Assembly: GCA_905478415.1 (NCBI GenBank) | Contig: CAJQIG010000002.1 | Coordinates: 314,699 to 378,698 of the forward strand | DNA length: 64,000 nucleotides | Direction of reading: 5' to 3' | DNA from: an uncultured Patescibacteria group bacterium | GTDB taxonomy: Bacteria; Patescibacteriota; Microgenomatia; UBA1400; PJMF01 | Shown: positions 54,906 to 64,000 of the stretch, one piece after another | How positions within the stretch are numbered: position 1 is the first letter of the stretch | Layout: the number at the start of each line of letters is the position of its first letter | Made by a program: the position numbers and the translations under genes | The notes under the pieces: model-generated | Database searches by the model: none | Seen by the model: only the letters and a program-made list of their open reading frames with translations | What the model was told of the DNA's origin: nothing

Positions 54906-56108
54906 GTGTTAAAAAAAGATGCGCAACATTTCTACAAAAACAACCTGCGGTGGCTCTATGCGATAGAGTTTTTTAGTTCGCTCTATTTTTTAATTCCTGT
55001 CTGGGTATCGATGGAGTTACAGCACATTTCGTTGTCTCAACTCACCTTGGTTGAAGTAATTATCTTTGGAAGTCAGTTGTTGCTCGAGTTGCCAACGGGA
55101 GCATTTGCTGATTTATTGGGGAAACGTCCAACTGTATTTTTGGGAAACCTGATCACCGCTCTAGGGATGGTCGCTTTTGGGTTTGCAACCTCATTTGAAA
55201 CATTTATTGTCAGTGCCAGCTTAATCGGTCTTGGCGCAGCTTTAACTTCCGGTGCTAAGGAAGCACTTTTGTATGACACGCTCAAGCAAGTTGGTAAAGA
55301 GGATACTTTTGATGATGTAGCTAGTCGACAAAATGTGGTTTTCCAATCGGGAATGGCTGTTGCCACATTACTAGGTGGTTTTTTGTGGATGGTAGATTAT
55401 AAATTGCCTGCGGTCTTAAGTGGGGTGGGTGTTTTTATTAGTGCGCTGCTGACCTTACTTGTCATTGAACCTTCAATTGATACAGAAACATTTACTCTAA
55501 AAAACTACATCAAACAGACGAAAGAAGGATTTGGAGAAGTTTTTAAAACAGTTTACAGTACTAAGCTTTCTCTTTTTTATGCGTTGGTGGGCGGGATTAC
55601 CTTTTCGGCCAGTGTGGTATTTTCAAAATTAGTCTTTGTTGAGATGGCGTACACAGAATCTCAAATGGGTGTCTTTTTTGCCACTGCTCGAATTTTTAAT
55701 AGTTTGTTGTTGTTCTGGCTTATCTCCAAAACGAAACTACTTTCATTTAAGAAGGCAGTGTTTCTTTTTGCTGTGTTAGTTCCAGTAGTGTTTTTGCCCG
55801 GTTTACTATTTAACAAATTTTTAGTTATTCCCTTTGTGTTAAGTATGATGTGGTTGGGTTCTGCCAGATGGGTGTTGTTGGGGAAGTATACAAATAAGGT
55901 TTTTTCTTCAAAAAATAGAGCTACGGCTATTTCATCTTTAAGTATGATGGTTGGATTGTTATATATTGGTATTATGTTAGTTTCTGGACCAATAATGGAG
56001 TATTTTGGCGGAGTTACCGTATTGATTTCACTGATTGGTTTGTTAAGTTTGATAACCATCCTCCCAATGGGAGTCTCACTTGCCTCTCAGTCCCCTTCTC
56101 AAGAATAA
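54906..56108 (+). CDS. MFS transporter
   Basis: 12 TM segments with MFS loop motifs. Confidence 0.65.
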   Translation: MLKKDAQHFYKNNLRWLYAIEFFSSLYFLIPVWVSMELQHISLSQLTLVEVIIFGSQLLLELPTGAFADLLGKRPTVFLGNLITALGMVAFGFATSFETFIVSASLIGLGAALTSGAKEALLYDTLKQVGKEDTFDDVASRQNVVFQSGMAVATLLGGFLWMVDYKLPAVLSGVGVFISALLTLLVIEPSIDTETFTLKNYIKQTKEGFGEVFKTVYSTKLSLFYALVGGITFSASVVFSKLVFVEMAYTESQMGVFFATARIFNSLLLFWLISKTKLLSFKKAVFLFAVLVPVVFLPGLLFNKFLVIPFVLSMMWLGSARWVLLGKYTNKVFSSKNRATAISSLSMMVGLLYIGIMLVSGPIMEYFGGVTVLISLIGLLSLITILPMGVSLASQSPSQE

Positions 56109-56130
56109 CCTTTTCGTTTATGATGAGGGC

Positions 56131-56817
56131 ATGAAAAAACTTGTCATTGCTAACTGGAAGTCACACAAAAATCTCACTACAATTGAAGAATGGATGGATG
56201 TTTTCATCAGTAAATTGGGCAAAAGCCTGATCCCGGGGAAGGTTGACATTTCAATCGCTCCTTCTGCTCCATTCCTATCACCTGTTGCCAATGATCTTGA
56301 TCATGGAGTCACGATATCTTCACAAGATGTCAGCCCATTTCCACCCGGAAAATATACGGGTGCAAGCAATGCCAAACAGTTGGCAAGCTTGGGAGTGAAG
56401 TATGCGATAGTGGGTCACAGCGAGCGTCGTCGGTACTTTCATGAAGATCATGCAGTTGTTGCCAATAAAGTTACACAATGTCTTGAAGCTGGAATTACGC
56501 CAGTTGTGTGTGTCGATGACGAATATATTGCAGCTCAAGCAGCGGCTATTACCCCAGAAGAGGCTGGTCGTTGTGTTGTCGCCTACGAAGCCCTCTCAGC
56601 AATTGGAACGGGGAATAACATGGACGTAGCTCATGTGGCAGAAGTCACTGCCGACATTAAAGAATTATTTGGTCCAGTTCCTGTGTTATACGGTGGAAGT
56701 GTTTCAGCTGAGAATGTGGCTGAGTACAAAGCTGTTTCAGATGGTTGGCTGGTTGGTACGGCTTCGCTAGAAGTCGACGATTTTATGGCTCTTGTTACTG
56801 TTGTGGCAGGTTTTTAA
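56131..56817 (+). CDS. tpiA: triosephosphate isomerase
   Basis: IANWKSHK, VGHSERR and a C-terminal GGS motif. Confidence 0.85.
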   Translation: MKKLVIANWKSHKNLTTIEEWMDVFISKLGKSLIPGKVDISIAPSAPFLSPVANDLDHGVTISSQDVSPFPPGKYTGASNAKQLASLGVKYAIVGHSERRRYFHEDHAVVANKVTQCLEAGITPVVCVDDEYIAAQAAAITPEEAGRCVVAYEALSAIGTGNNMDVAHVAEVTADIKELFGPVPVLYGGSVSAENVAEYKAVSDGWLVGTASLEVDDFMALVTVVAGF

Positions 56818-57208
56818 GCTAATGGTAGTAGAACAAGCTGCTTTCGATTTGAAAGATTCTCGACCAGTTGTTAAAACTCGCGACCAAGCTGACCCTGCGT
56901 TTTTGGCAGAAATCTTTGCTATAAATCCCCAATTTTTTAGAGAAGACCAAAGAGCTGACGTGATAGAGCTGGAGGAAATTGAGGCACGGTTGCCTCTCGA
57001 AAAAAAGACGCTCATGGATTTGAAAAACAACCTTTTCGTCGAAGGTGAATTAATTGGTGTTGGCGGTACATTTCAACCTTTCTCTAAAGATAAAAATGCA
57101 AACCTAATTACAATACAAGAGGATATGCTCAGTGGTCTAGAAATAAGAATTACTTTTTTAAAAAGGGTAATAAAAAACAGACAAGAAATTTTAGATGCAG
57201 CTGTGTAA
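56792..57208 (+). CDS. hypothetical protein
   Basis: 138-aa ORF. The start is uncertain and no family was recognised. Confidence 0.3.
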   Translation: MLLLWQVFKLMVVEQAAFDLKDSRPVVKTRDQADPAFLAEIFAINPQFFREDQRADVIELEEIEARLPLEKKTLMDLKNNLFVEGELIGVGGTFQPFSKDKNANLITIQEDMLSGLEIRITFLKRVIKNRQEILDAAV

Positions 57209-57211
57209 TCT

Positions 57212-58996
57212 TTAGCGAATTCGTTCAAATATGGTGTAGTTTGGCGTTGCTTTTACAGCTCTGTACCCTTCTTTGAAGAGGTCACTTGAAGAATCAAAAT
57301 GGTCTTTTTCGAATGGTCCAAGAACGATGTAGCTGACATTGTACCGGTCTAAAATGTCGGTGTACTGAGGGTTGGCATATAACAATTGTATATCTCTTTC
57401 CTGATCGTAGTAGTCATAGCCATGGGTCCAAAGCCAACCAGTGTAGGTGGCGACGGCTTGTCGACCTGTTAAGTTAAAGAGCCACTGATTGTGGTAGGTG
57501 CCAGTCATCCAGATACTGTCAGGGCTGGTGTTTGTCTTTGTCCATTCTACTAATTCAATTTCTTCGGCTGAATACATTTGAAAGCTTTGTTCTTTCGAAA
57601 GCAGTGCCCGATAGGTATCTAAGAAACCGGAAAAGGTAATAAAGACCAACGTCAGTACAACCAAGGGTTTGAGCAGCCAGTGTTTCTTCCATAGAAATAG
57701 TAAAAAGATAGCGGTTAAGTATGAAAATCCTAGTGATGCCCAGACTAAAATTTTAGTGTTGTCCCAGACAAATGGTTGAAACAAAAACAGGTTTACGAGC
57801 ACAAAAAGCACAAAGAATGGTATATAGGTAAGAAACGTTGCTCGTTTTTGTTTTGACTGTACTATTTCGACAACGAACCCAAAAAAGCTCAAAAGAGGAA
57901 CAATAGTCCAGTTTTTAAACCAAAATGAAAGGAGTGTCTCGTCAGGATAGTCATTCCCCGCATACCAACCCGGATACCACTTAATAAATGAGCCAGAAAT
58001 ATTACTTTGGATAAATATTTTAATCAGTGGCAGTGCAATCACAGCCACAATACCTACAAAGGTGAGCCAAGAGACACTTTTTTCTTTAAGATTCTGCCAG
58101 TTTTTACTGGTAACTAGATCAGCAAGCATCCAGAAAAATAGAATTACAAATAAGGCTAAAAATGAATGAGTGTGAATAATGGGCATGACTCCCAAAATAG
58201 CAGCCGTTGCAAAGAATAGTGTCGAATTTTTAGTTGGAGTTGGTGGCACAAAACGTTTCAAGAAAGTGATTTTTTTCGACACTTTTTTGACGATCATTTG
58301 CCAGCGCGATTCTTTTTCTTGTGAGAATTTGAATATAAAAGTGAGCAAGAGTAACGCGATTGGAAATCCAACAGTAAACGCCCTTTGGGGTATGACCATA
58401 CTATTGATAACAGAAATCCATCGGTAATGCTTATCTTCTATATTGGTGTATTTTCGTGGAGGAGTAAGGGCAGTTTCAATTTGGTTGGGGCTTTCGGCAA
58501 TATCAGAAAAATAGTACATGAAGCCACTACCACCATTCAGCAAAAAGATGATGCTTGCCAGAATGGCTATGGCACCAGATTTCGATAGCAGTTTGTAGAA
58601 CACAAACAGTGTTACCACCAATAAAAAAGAAAATAAGAAACTCGGCAAAATGAAGGCCATAAAAAAATTAAAGTTGAGCCGAATTAAGATTGCTGAAAGC
58701 ATATCCGCTACAAACGGATAACTAAACGGTGCATCAAGTAAAAAAGGACTAGAATCAAGAATCAATCCTCTTTCAGCCATAGCAGAACCCATGGTGAAGT
58801 GGGCTGCCCAGTCACCCCAAAGGTTGATGTGTTGTGCAGAAATACCACCGACTTCGTTGGTGACAAATGAGTTTGACCAAAAGATAAAGAAGTAAAGAAG
58901 CCATGCTAAAAAATAACAGATGAGAGCTGCGTATTTCAGGAAGGACCAAAAGTAAGATCCATTGAGTGAACGATTATTCTTCCACCAGTGTTGCAT
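57212..58996 (-). CDS. large polytopic membrane protein (possible GT-C-type glycosyltransferase)
   Basis: 594 aa, more than 12 TM segments plus a C-terminal soluble domain. Low-confidence family assignment. Confidence 0.35.
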   Translation of the reverse strand: MQHWWKNNRSLNGSYFWSFLKYAALICYFLAWLLYFFIFWSNSFVTNEVGGISAQHINLWGDWAAHFTMGSAMAERGLILDSSPFLLDAPFSYPFVADMLSAILIRLNFNFFMAFILPSFLFSFLLVVTLFVFYKLLSKSGAIAILASIIFLLNGGSGFMYYFSDIAESPNQIETALTPPRKYTNIEDKHYRWISVINSMVIPQRAFTVGFPIALLLLTFIFKFSQEKESRWQMIVKKVSKKITFLKRFVPPTPTKNSTLFFATAAILGVMPIIHTHSFLALFVILFFWMLADLVTSKNWQNLKEKSVSWLTFVGIVAVIALPLIKIFIQSNISGSFIKWYPGWYAGNDYPDETLLSFWFKNWTIVPLLSFFGFVVEIVQSKQKRATFLTYIPFFVLFVLVNLFLFQPFVWDNTKILVWASLGFSYLTAIFLLFLWKKHWLLKPLVVLTLVFITFSGFLDTYRALLSKEQSFQMYSAEEIELVEWTKTNTSPDSIWMTGTYHNQWLFNLTGRQAVATYTGWLWTHGYDYYDQERDIQLLYANPQYTDILDRYNVSYIVLGPFEKDHFDSSSDLFKEGYRAVKATPNYTIFERIR

Positions 58997-59900
58997 ACTC
59001 TTTGCTCACCCATCCGTTTTTACTTTCAAAAGATATTTTATACCAACCATTAATTTCCTCGTTTAAGTATGAGTACTTGGTACCAACTTCTGCCATTCCA
59101 ATTTCGGTTCCATTCGAACCAGGATTATTTCTGACTCTCAGGACCTCTTTACCATCTTGGAAAAAATTAGTAGCGGTAATGGTCACAAACTGTGCTGGTT
59201 GGGGGGTTCCTAATTTCGTAGTAGCACTGCCTGAAGCAGTAACTTGATCAGTTGCTGGTAGTGGGGAAGCCGAGGGAGTTGCCTCACTTTCAACAGGGAC
59301 TGGAGTCGTGGGTGATTTGGTGACGGTTGGGTCTAGTTTTGCCAGCTTGACACTAATGACCATTCGATATCCAGCGGCGACCTCGATAGAGTGACTTTGC
59401 GTTTCGTACGAAGGCAGTGTAATCTCATATTCGAGCTGTCCTGGTTGGACATCAGTGATTGTTACTGGTGAAAATTCTTTTTCTCTACCTTGCAGAGTAA
59501 TAATGGCCCCATCAGGAATGGTAATGAAAGATACTTCGGAGGTTTTTTTAGAGTTAATTTCTTCCATCTCGTAGATAACGCCCCCCATTTGTTCTGGACG
59601 AGTTGCACTTTTCCAGGTGAGAACGGTGAGGACACCTGGATTAAGAGCAACTTCTGTTTCGTACGGCAAGTATTCGGGATCTTCAGGTTCAATTCTAATG
59701 GTGTGTGTGCCAGCTACCAGCTGTTTTTCGATGAGAGGAGTTTTGTTGAGATACTGCCCGTCAATAAATACTGAACTAGGAATATCGTGTGTGATAACCT
59801 GAAGTCCAGCTTTCTGTTCTTTTTTAAGTGAACAGCCGCTGAGGAGAAGTGGTGCGATTAAAAAAACCAGCACCGCCATGATAAACCGCTTCGTATTCAT
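58974..59900 (-). CDS. lipoprotein with PEGA domains and a C-terminal SH3b domain
   Basis: Lipobox LLLSGCS. PEGA-like IDGQYLNKTP...GTHTIRIEPE..Y. C-terminal SH3b-like LRVRNNPGSNGTEIG...NGWYKI. Confidence 0.5.
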   Translation of the reverse strand: MNTKRFIMAVLVFLIAPLLLSGCSLKKEQKAGLQVITHDIPSSVFIDGQYLNKTPLIEKQLVAGTHTIRIEPEDPEYLPYETEVALNPGVLTVLTWKSATRPEQMGGVIYEMEEINSKKTSEVSFITIPDGAIITLQGREKEFSPVTITDVQPGQLEYEITLPSYETQSHSIEVAAGYRMVISVKLAKLDPTVTKSPTTPVPVESEATPSASPLPATDQVTASGSATTKLGTPQPAQFVTITATNFFQDGKEVLRVRNNPGSNGTEIGMAEVGTKYSYLNEEINGWYKISFESKNGWVSKEYATLVEE

Positions 59901-59921
59901 GAGTTTAGTGTACCATGAGTT

Positions 59922-62390
59922 CTAGGCTTTTTTAGAAGTGAGTGGCTTCACTTTTTGAGCTAACGCCTTTTCGAGCACTTCACTTACATGTGCTAATGGA
60001 ATAAAGGTAACGTCTGCTTTGACACTATCTGGAATTTCGACAAGATCTCGCTCATTATCTTTTGGAATCAGCACGGTTGTACTGCCAGCTTGATGAGCAG
60101 CAATGCTTTTTTCTTTGAGTCCACCAATGCGGAGAATATTACCTCTCAGTGTCACTTCTCCAGTCATAGCAATATCTTTATGGACAGGAATATCTGTGAA
60201 GGCCGAAACAATGGCGGTAGTCATAGTCACACCAGCTGAGGGGCCATCTTTTGGAACAGCTCCTTCTGGGACATGGATATGAACATCTGTATTTGCCAGT
60301 TTTTTATCACTAATTCCCAGTTCGGCAGAATGTGCTTTGACATAGGTGAGCGCTGTTTGGGCAGATTCTTGCATGACTTTTCCGAGTTTACCAGTGAGCT
60401 GAACTTTGCCTTTTCCTGGAGTCAAGGCAACTTCTATAAAGAGGACGTCGCCACCAACACTTGTCCAAGCTAGTCCTGTAGATTGGCCAACAACGCTTTC
60501 TTTAGATTTAAGTGGTGGGTCAAATCTTTCTGGACCTAAGTACTCTTTGAGTTGTGGAGGCGTAACTTCAACAGTATTCTTTTCTGTTTCGACAATGGTA
60601 CGAGCTACTTTACGAGCCACTTTGCCAAGTGTTTTTTCGAGTGAACGAACTCCTGCTTCTTTGGTATAGCGAGAAATAATAGTTTTGATAATAGCATCAG
60701 GAATTGTAATATTCTTCTTGGTAAGTCCGTTAGCAGCTATTGTTTTTGACAATAAATGTCGTGTTCCAATTTCAAATTTTTCATCTTCTGTGTAGCCGCT
60801 GTATCGGATAATTTCTAAACGATCTCTCAAAGCTGGCGGAATAGTTGCCATTGTATTAGCCGTAGTTATAAAAATTACTTGAGAAAGGTCGAAAGCCATA
60901 TCTAAGTAGTGGTCTTCAAACGAATTATTTTGTTCCGGGTCCAGTGCTTCGAGCAGAGCCGAAGAAGGATCACCGCGGAAATCGTTACCGAGCTTGTCAA
61001 TTTCATCGAGCATAAAAATTGGATTCATGCTGCCGGCTTGTTTCATGCCATTGATAATTTTTCCAGGCATAGCGCCGACATAGGTACGTCGATGTCCACG
61101 AATTTCAGCTTCATCACGCACACCACCAAGAGAAATTTTAACAAACTCTCGACCAAGTGCTTCAGCGATTGAGCGGCCAATACTGGTTTTACCGACACCG
61201 GGAGGACCGACAAAACAGATAATTGTTGGGACTGACTGATCTTCTTTTTGTTTATTTCGTTCCTTTAAGTCCATAACAGCCATGTATTCAAAGATACGAT
61301 CTTTGACGTCTTTGAGGCCATAGTGGTTCTTTTCAAGAATTTCTTCAGCTTTTTTTAGATTAATTTTGCTTTTGTTGTATTTTCCCCAAGGAAGTTCGAA
61401 CACAGTATCGAGCCAACTTCTGACATAACCTGATTCTGGATTATTGGGCGACATCTGTCGCATTTTTTTAATCTCTTTTTTCACTTTTTTCTGGAGATCC
61501 TTAGGAAGTTTGAGACGCTTGAGTTTTGTTTCGTAACTGCTGGCCGCTTCTTCTTCATCATCAATATCGCCGAGCTCCTTTTGAATAGTCTTGAGACGTT
61601 CACGCAAGATGCTCTCTCGCATGTGCTTGTCGAACGTTTCTTGGGTTTTGTGGACCACGTCTTTCTCAATTTCGAGCACTTTAATCTCGTGAGCTAAATG
61701 TTCAATCACTTTTCGAATTCTCTCTTTAATCGAAAGTTCTTCAAGCAAAAGTTGTTTTTCTTTTGTTTTGATAGATAACGTACTAGCAATTTGGTCGACC
61801 AGTTCTCCATTGGTGACGCCCCCCATCAGCTTCATAAAGTTGAGGAACTCAACTGATTTGCCCATGTGTACTGATTTTCTAAATTCTTTTTGAAGATGCG
61901 CAACCAGAGCTTTCATCTCTTCATCATTTGTTTCAACTTCTCTAATTCGTTCAATTTCGACTACAATTCGAGGAAAGGTCGAAACATACTTCACTATTTT
62001 GACACGACCAACTCCACGAACAAGTGCGTTTGTAGCATCTTCTGCGTCCAGTGTTTTTTCGACAACGGCTAAAGTTCCGATCTCATAGAGATCCTTGGGT
62101 TCAGGTGCATTTACGCTGGCATCTTTTTGGGTAATCAGGACCACATATTTTGGTTTGTTACCAGGAAGATCTTTAATGGCATTGAGTGACAACTGTCGGC
62201 CAAATCCTAAGACAGATTCGGTGCTTGGAAATAAGACCCCTTCTCTGACTGGAACAGCGGGAAGCGTTAAAATTCGAGGTTTGTTTAAAGATTTTTTCCG
62301 TACTCCTTCGAGGGAGGTTGTAAAACTATCTGAAAGTTTACTCTTCTGGGGACTGACTGGTGTTTTTTTTGGTTTCTTTGCATCTGTCAT
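59922..62390 (-). CDS. lon: ATP-dependent Lon protease
   Basis: LON N-domain, AAA+ GPPGVGKTS, and the protease Ser in PKDGPSAG. Confidence 0.9.
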   Translation of the reverse strand: MTDAKKPKKTPVSPQKSKLSDSFTTSLEGVRKKSLNKPRILTLPAVPVREGVLFPSTESVLGFGRQLSLNAIKDLPGNKPKYVVLITQKDASVNAPEPKDLYEIGTLAVVEKTLDAEDATNALVRGVGRVKIVKYVSTFPRIVVEIERIREVETNDEEMKALVAHLQKEFRKSVHMGKSVEFLNFMKLMGGVTNGELVDQIASTLSIKTKEKQLLLEELSIKERIRKVIEHLAHEIKVLEIEKDVVHKTQETFDKHMRESILRERLKTIQKELGDIDDEEEAASSYETKLKRLKLPKDLQKKVKKEIKKMRQMSPNNPESGYVRSWLDTVFELPWGKYNKSKINLKKAEEILEKNHYGLKDVKDRIFEYMAVMDLKERNKQKEDQSVPTIICFVGPPGVGKTSIGRSIAEALGREFVKISLGGVRDEAEIRGHRRTYVGAMPGKIINGMKQAGSMNPIFMLDEIDKLGNDFRGDPSSALLEALDPEQNNSFEDHYLDMAFDLSQVIFITTANTMATIPPALRDRLEIIRYSGYTEDEKFEIGTRHLLSKTIAANGLTKKNITIPDAIIKTIISRYTKEAGVRSLEKTLGKVARKVARTIVETEKNTVEVTPPQLKEYLGPERFDPPLKSKESVVGQSTGLAWTSVGGDVLFIEVALTPGKGKVQLTGKLGKVMQESAQTALTYVKAHSAELGISDKKLANTDVHIHVPEGAVPKDGPSAGVTMTTAIVSAFTDIPVHKDIAMTGEVTLRGNILRIGGLKEKSIAAHQAGSTTVLIPKDNERDLVEIPDSVKADVTFIPLAHVSEVLEKALAQKVKPLTSKKA

Positions 62391-62543
62391 AGATTAGCAT
62401 TCTAAAGTTTTGACTGCTAAAAATCAAGAGGGAAATGGTTTTTTCTTTTTTTATCTACCAGGCAAAGATAGGACAGTAAAAAGAATCTTTCCTGAACAAA
62501 AAAGTATGTTACAATATATTCCTGTTTAAAGACAGGTTAAAGT

Positions 62544-62617
62544 GGGTGTATAGCTCAGTTGGTTAGAGCGCAGTCCTGATAAGACTGAGGTCCATCGTTC
62601 GAATCGATGTACACCCA
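62544..62617 (+). tRNA. tRNA-Ile (anticodon GAU)
   Basis: Acceptor GGGUGUA, anticodon stem-loop CAGUC-CUGAUAA-GACUG, T-loop CGUUCGAAUCG. Followed by a terminator at 62633-62656. Confidence 0.85.
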
Positions 62618-62656
62618 CATCTATTTGAAGACATCACCGAAAGGTGGTTTTTTTTA

Positions 62657-63568
62657 TTAATATGGCTCTGGACCAGAGAAATCGCCAGTAATATCTTCAT
62701 ATTTACCGACAAAGTAGCCATGAGTCAGACTGGTAATCATTCGACGTGCGGCTCGAATTTCTTTGTGCTCCATTTCTTCAAGGGATTTCTGTACTAAACT
62801 CGATGTATCAATAGGTTCTCCAATGTGGACGACTACTTTTTGTGAAGTTGGCGATGGTTCTGTCTCTTCTTGAAGAGTTTCAGCTTCTAGTTCTAGTTGC
62901 TTTTTATTCTTTTCTGGTGGCATCAGTGATTCATTTCCCTCTAGGTAGACAGGGACAATGGGAACTTTCCCTTCTGTCATGAGGACTAACAACCCAAGTC
63001 CAGTTTTAAATTCTCTCTGTGACATTGGTCTTTTTCCATCTCGGCTTCGAGTCCCTTCTGGGTACAGAACTGGCATTTCTCCGGCCAAAGCTCTCTCAGC
63101 TGCTTGTTCTAGATCAAAAAATGCTTGCTCGCTACTATGACGGTCTATGGGAAGAATTCTGACAGCGGCTGGGCTAAAAATTTTTCTTTTGAATACAACC
63201 AGGGTGTTTTTGAGTTTTACTAAGTTTGTGTCATCCTCAGCATGTACTGCTGCTTCCCAGTAATCCGCTGCCGCAATAAAGAATAACAATTTTCGGAATT
63301 CTTTTTCAAATGCATCTCTGACCAAAATAGTGTCTGGGTGTCCATTGTGAGGAGCCACCACAATAATTGCACCTGAACCTTTCAATTTTTGAAGATTCTC
63401 GTGTCCTTCTATAGAAATATCAGCAGTTCGAACGGCAGGTTGTGTTAGTTTCAAAATTGGACTTAAAAAGTTGCGAATACCCTCCCCTACTTTTGTAGCA
63501 GGTTTGAGTTTTCGAGTTTTTAACTCGGTGGTATCAGTAGTGGTGAGTGTTTCTTTTAATCGTGACAT
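62657..63568 (-). CDS. lysophospholipid acyltransferase (PlsC-like, LPLAT family)
   Basis: HX4D motif (HNGHPD) and PEGTRS motif (YPEGTRSRDGK). Confidence 0.6.
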   Translation of the reverse strand: MSRLKETLTTTDTTELKTRKLKPATKVGEGIRNFLSPILKLTQPAVRTADISIEGHENLQKLKGSGAIIVVAPHNGHPDTILVRDAFEKEFRKLLFFIAAADYWEAAVHAEDDTNLVKLKNTLVVFKRKIFSPAAVRILPIDRHSSEQAFFDLEQAAERALAGEMPVLYPEGTRSRDGKRPMSQREFKTGLGLLVLMTEGKVPIVPVYLEGNESLMPPEKNKKQLELEAETLQEETEPSPTSQKVVVHIGEPIDTSSLVQKSLEEMEHKEIRAARRMITSLTHGYFVGKYEDITGDFSGPEPY

Positions 63569-63734
63569 CAGGAGTGTATTGTAGCATCCCTTTTTTGAAT
63601 ACTCACAATTAGCAGTTGATCAATATGACTGCTAAGTATTGAATGATGCTATTTTTTCCGCTGCATCAGATTAAACATGATAGTAATAGATGTGTTTGTA
63701 TATGTTTTGATATATTTATATATCCTCAAACATG

Positions 63735-64000
63735 CTAAGAATCAAGCAATGCTTTTGCACTTTGAGCAACTCGAGTTTGGTTTGAAAGTTTCTGAGGATT
63801 ATCTTGTCCTTCATACACGGTCTGCTCAAGGTGACCATAATGATTACCCGAAATAAGTAGCAGCATTTCGGCAAGAGCTTCTTTGTGTTCGTCTTCGAGT
63901 TCTGGATCTTCAAGCAGTTCCCACAGGGCAAATTGGTGTTTGAGCACATCGTCATTTTTAGCGATGACAATTTTGACTTTTTCTTTTAGCGTTGTTGCCA
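63735..64000 (-). CDS. C-terminal part of a gene whose 5' end lies beyond the window (hypothetical)
   Basis: The frame stays open from 64000 down to the stop at 63735. Confidence 0.3.
   Translation of the reverse strand, partial: ATTLKEKVKIVIAKNDDVLKHQFALWELLEDPELEDEHKEALAEMLLLISGNHYGHLEQTVYEGQDNPQKLSNQTRVAQSAKALLDS

Noticed and set aside
1-64000. Genome-wide UGA recoding (genetic code 25, as in Gracilibacteria/Absconditabacteria)
   Set aside because: Long conserved genes (recG, lon, PBP1A, pcrA, pheT) are intact with no internal TGA, and at least one well-supported gene (9922..10449) terminates at TGA. The single in-frame TGA at 40329 is therefore a local event, not a code change.
1-64000. 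CRISPR array, rRNA, or IS/transposase search
   Set aside because: No run of regularly spaced direct repeats, no rRNA-like conserved blocks, and no transposase or integrase-like ORF were seen. The only repeats are the two GC-rich elements at 35596/36607 and the low-complexity coding repeats.

Overview
This window looks like an AT-rich, small-genome bacterium with Gram-positive-like, CPR/Saccharibacteria-style gene content: no pilQ secretin, FemAB, UppP, O-antigen-ligase-like protein, and a degenerate ACP. That assignment is inference only. The window is dominated by a complete type IV pilus (T4P) locus: pilB-pilT-pilC, a long AT-rich gap, major pilin, pilD, a PKD-domain protein, a block of five minor pilins, a PilX-like protein, and pilM-pilN-pilO. 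A compositionally distinct three-gene module is embedded in the middle of that locus: two paralogous genes fusing a nucleoside 2-deoxyribosyltransferase (NDT)-like domain (catalytic Glu in 'GYEL') to a C-terminal ribbon-helix-helix (RHH) DNA-binding domain, flanking a PNP/UDP-phosphorylase-family protein. This is the most unusual, possibly undescribed system in the window. It could be a nucleoside-sensing regulator/salvage module tied to DNA-uptake pili, or a nucleotide-targeting conflict module. The rest is housekeeping: holB, S16/KH, rnc, an ACP-like protein, nusB, an unlisted L32, recG, tyrS with chorismate mutase, PBP1A, pheST, infC-rpmI-rplT, trigger factor, miaB/miaA, RNase P RNA, uppP, comM, gap, pyrH, a FemAB-family protein, pcrA, tpiA, lon, a plsC-like gene, and three tRNAs (Val-GAC, Cys-GCA, Ile-GAU). 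Other points of note: a secreted, highly charged protein gene interrupted by one in-frame TGA; a roughly 60-bp GC-rich repeat upstream of two adjacent genes, partly resembling the tRNA-Val 3' end; an ACP homolog with the phosphopantetheine Ser replaced by Glu; and several unlisted small genes and leader structures. No CRISPR array, rRNA, transposase or integrase was seen. All coordinates were read by eye from the printed sequence and ORF track, so expect +/-1-3 nt uncertainty on RNA ends and motifs.
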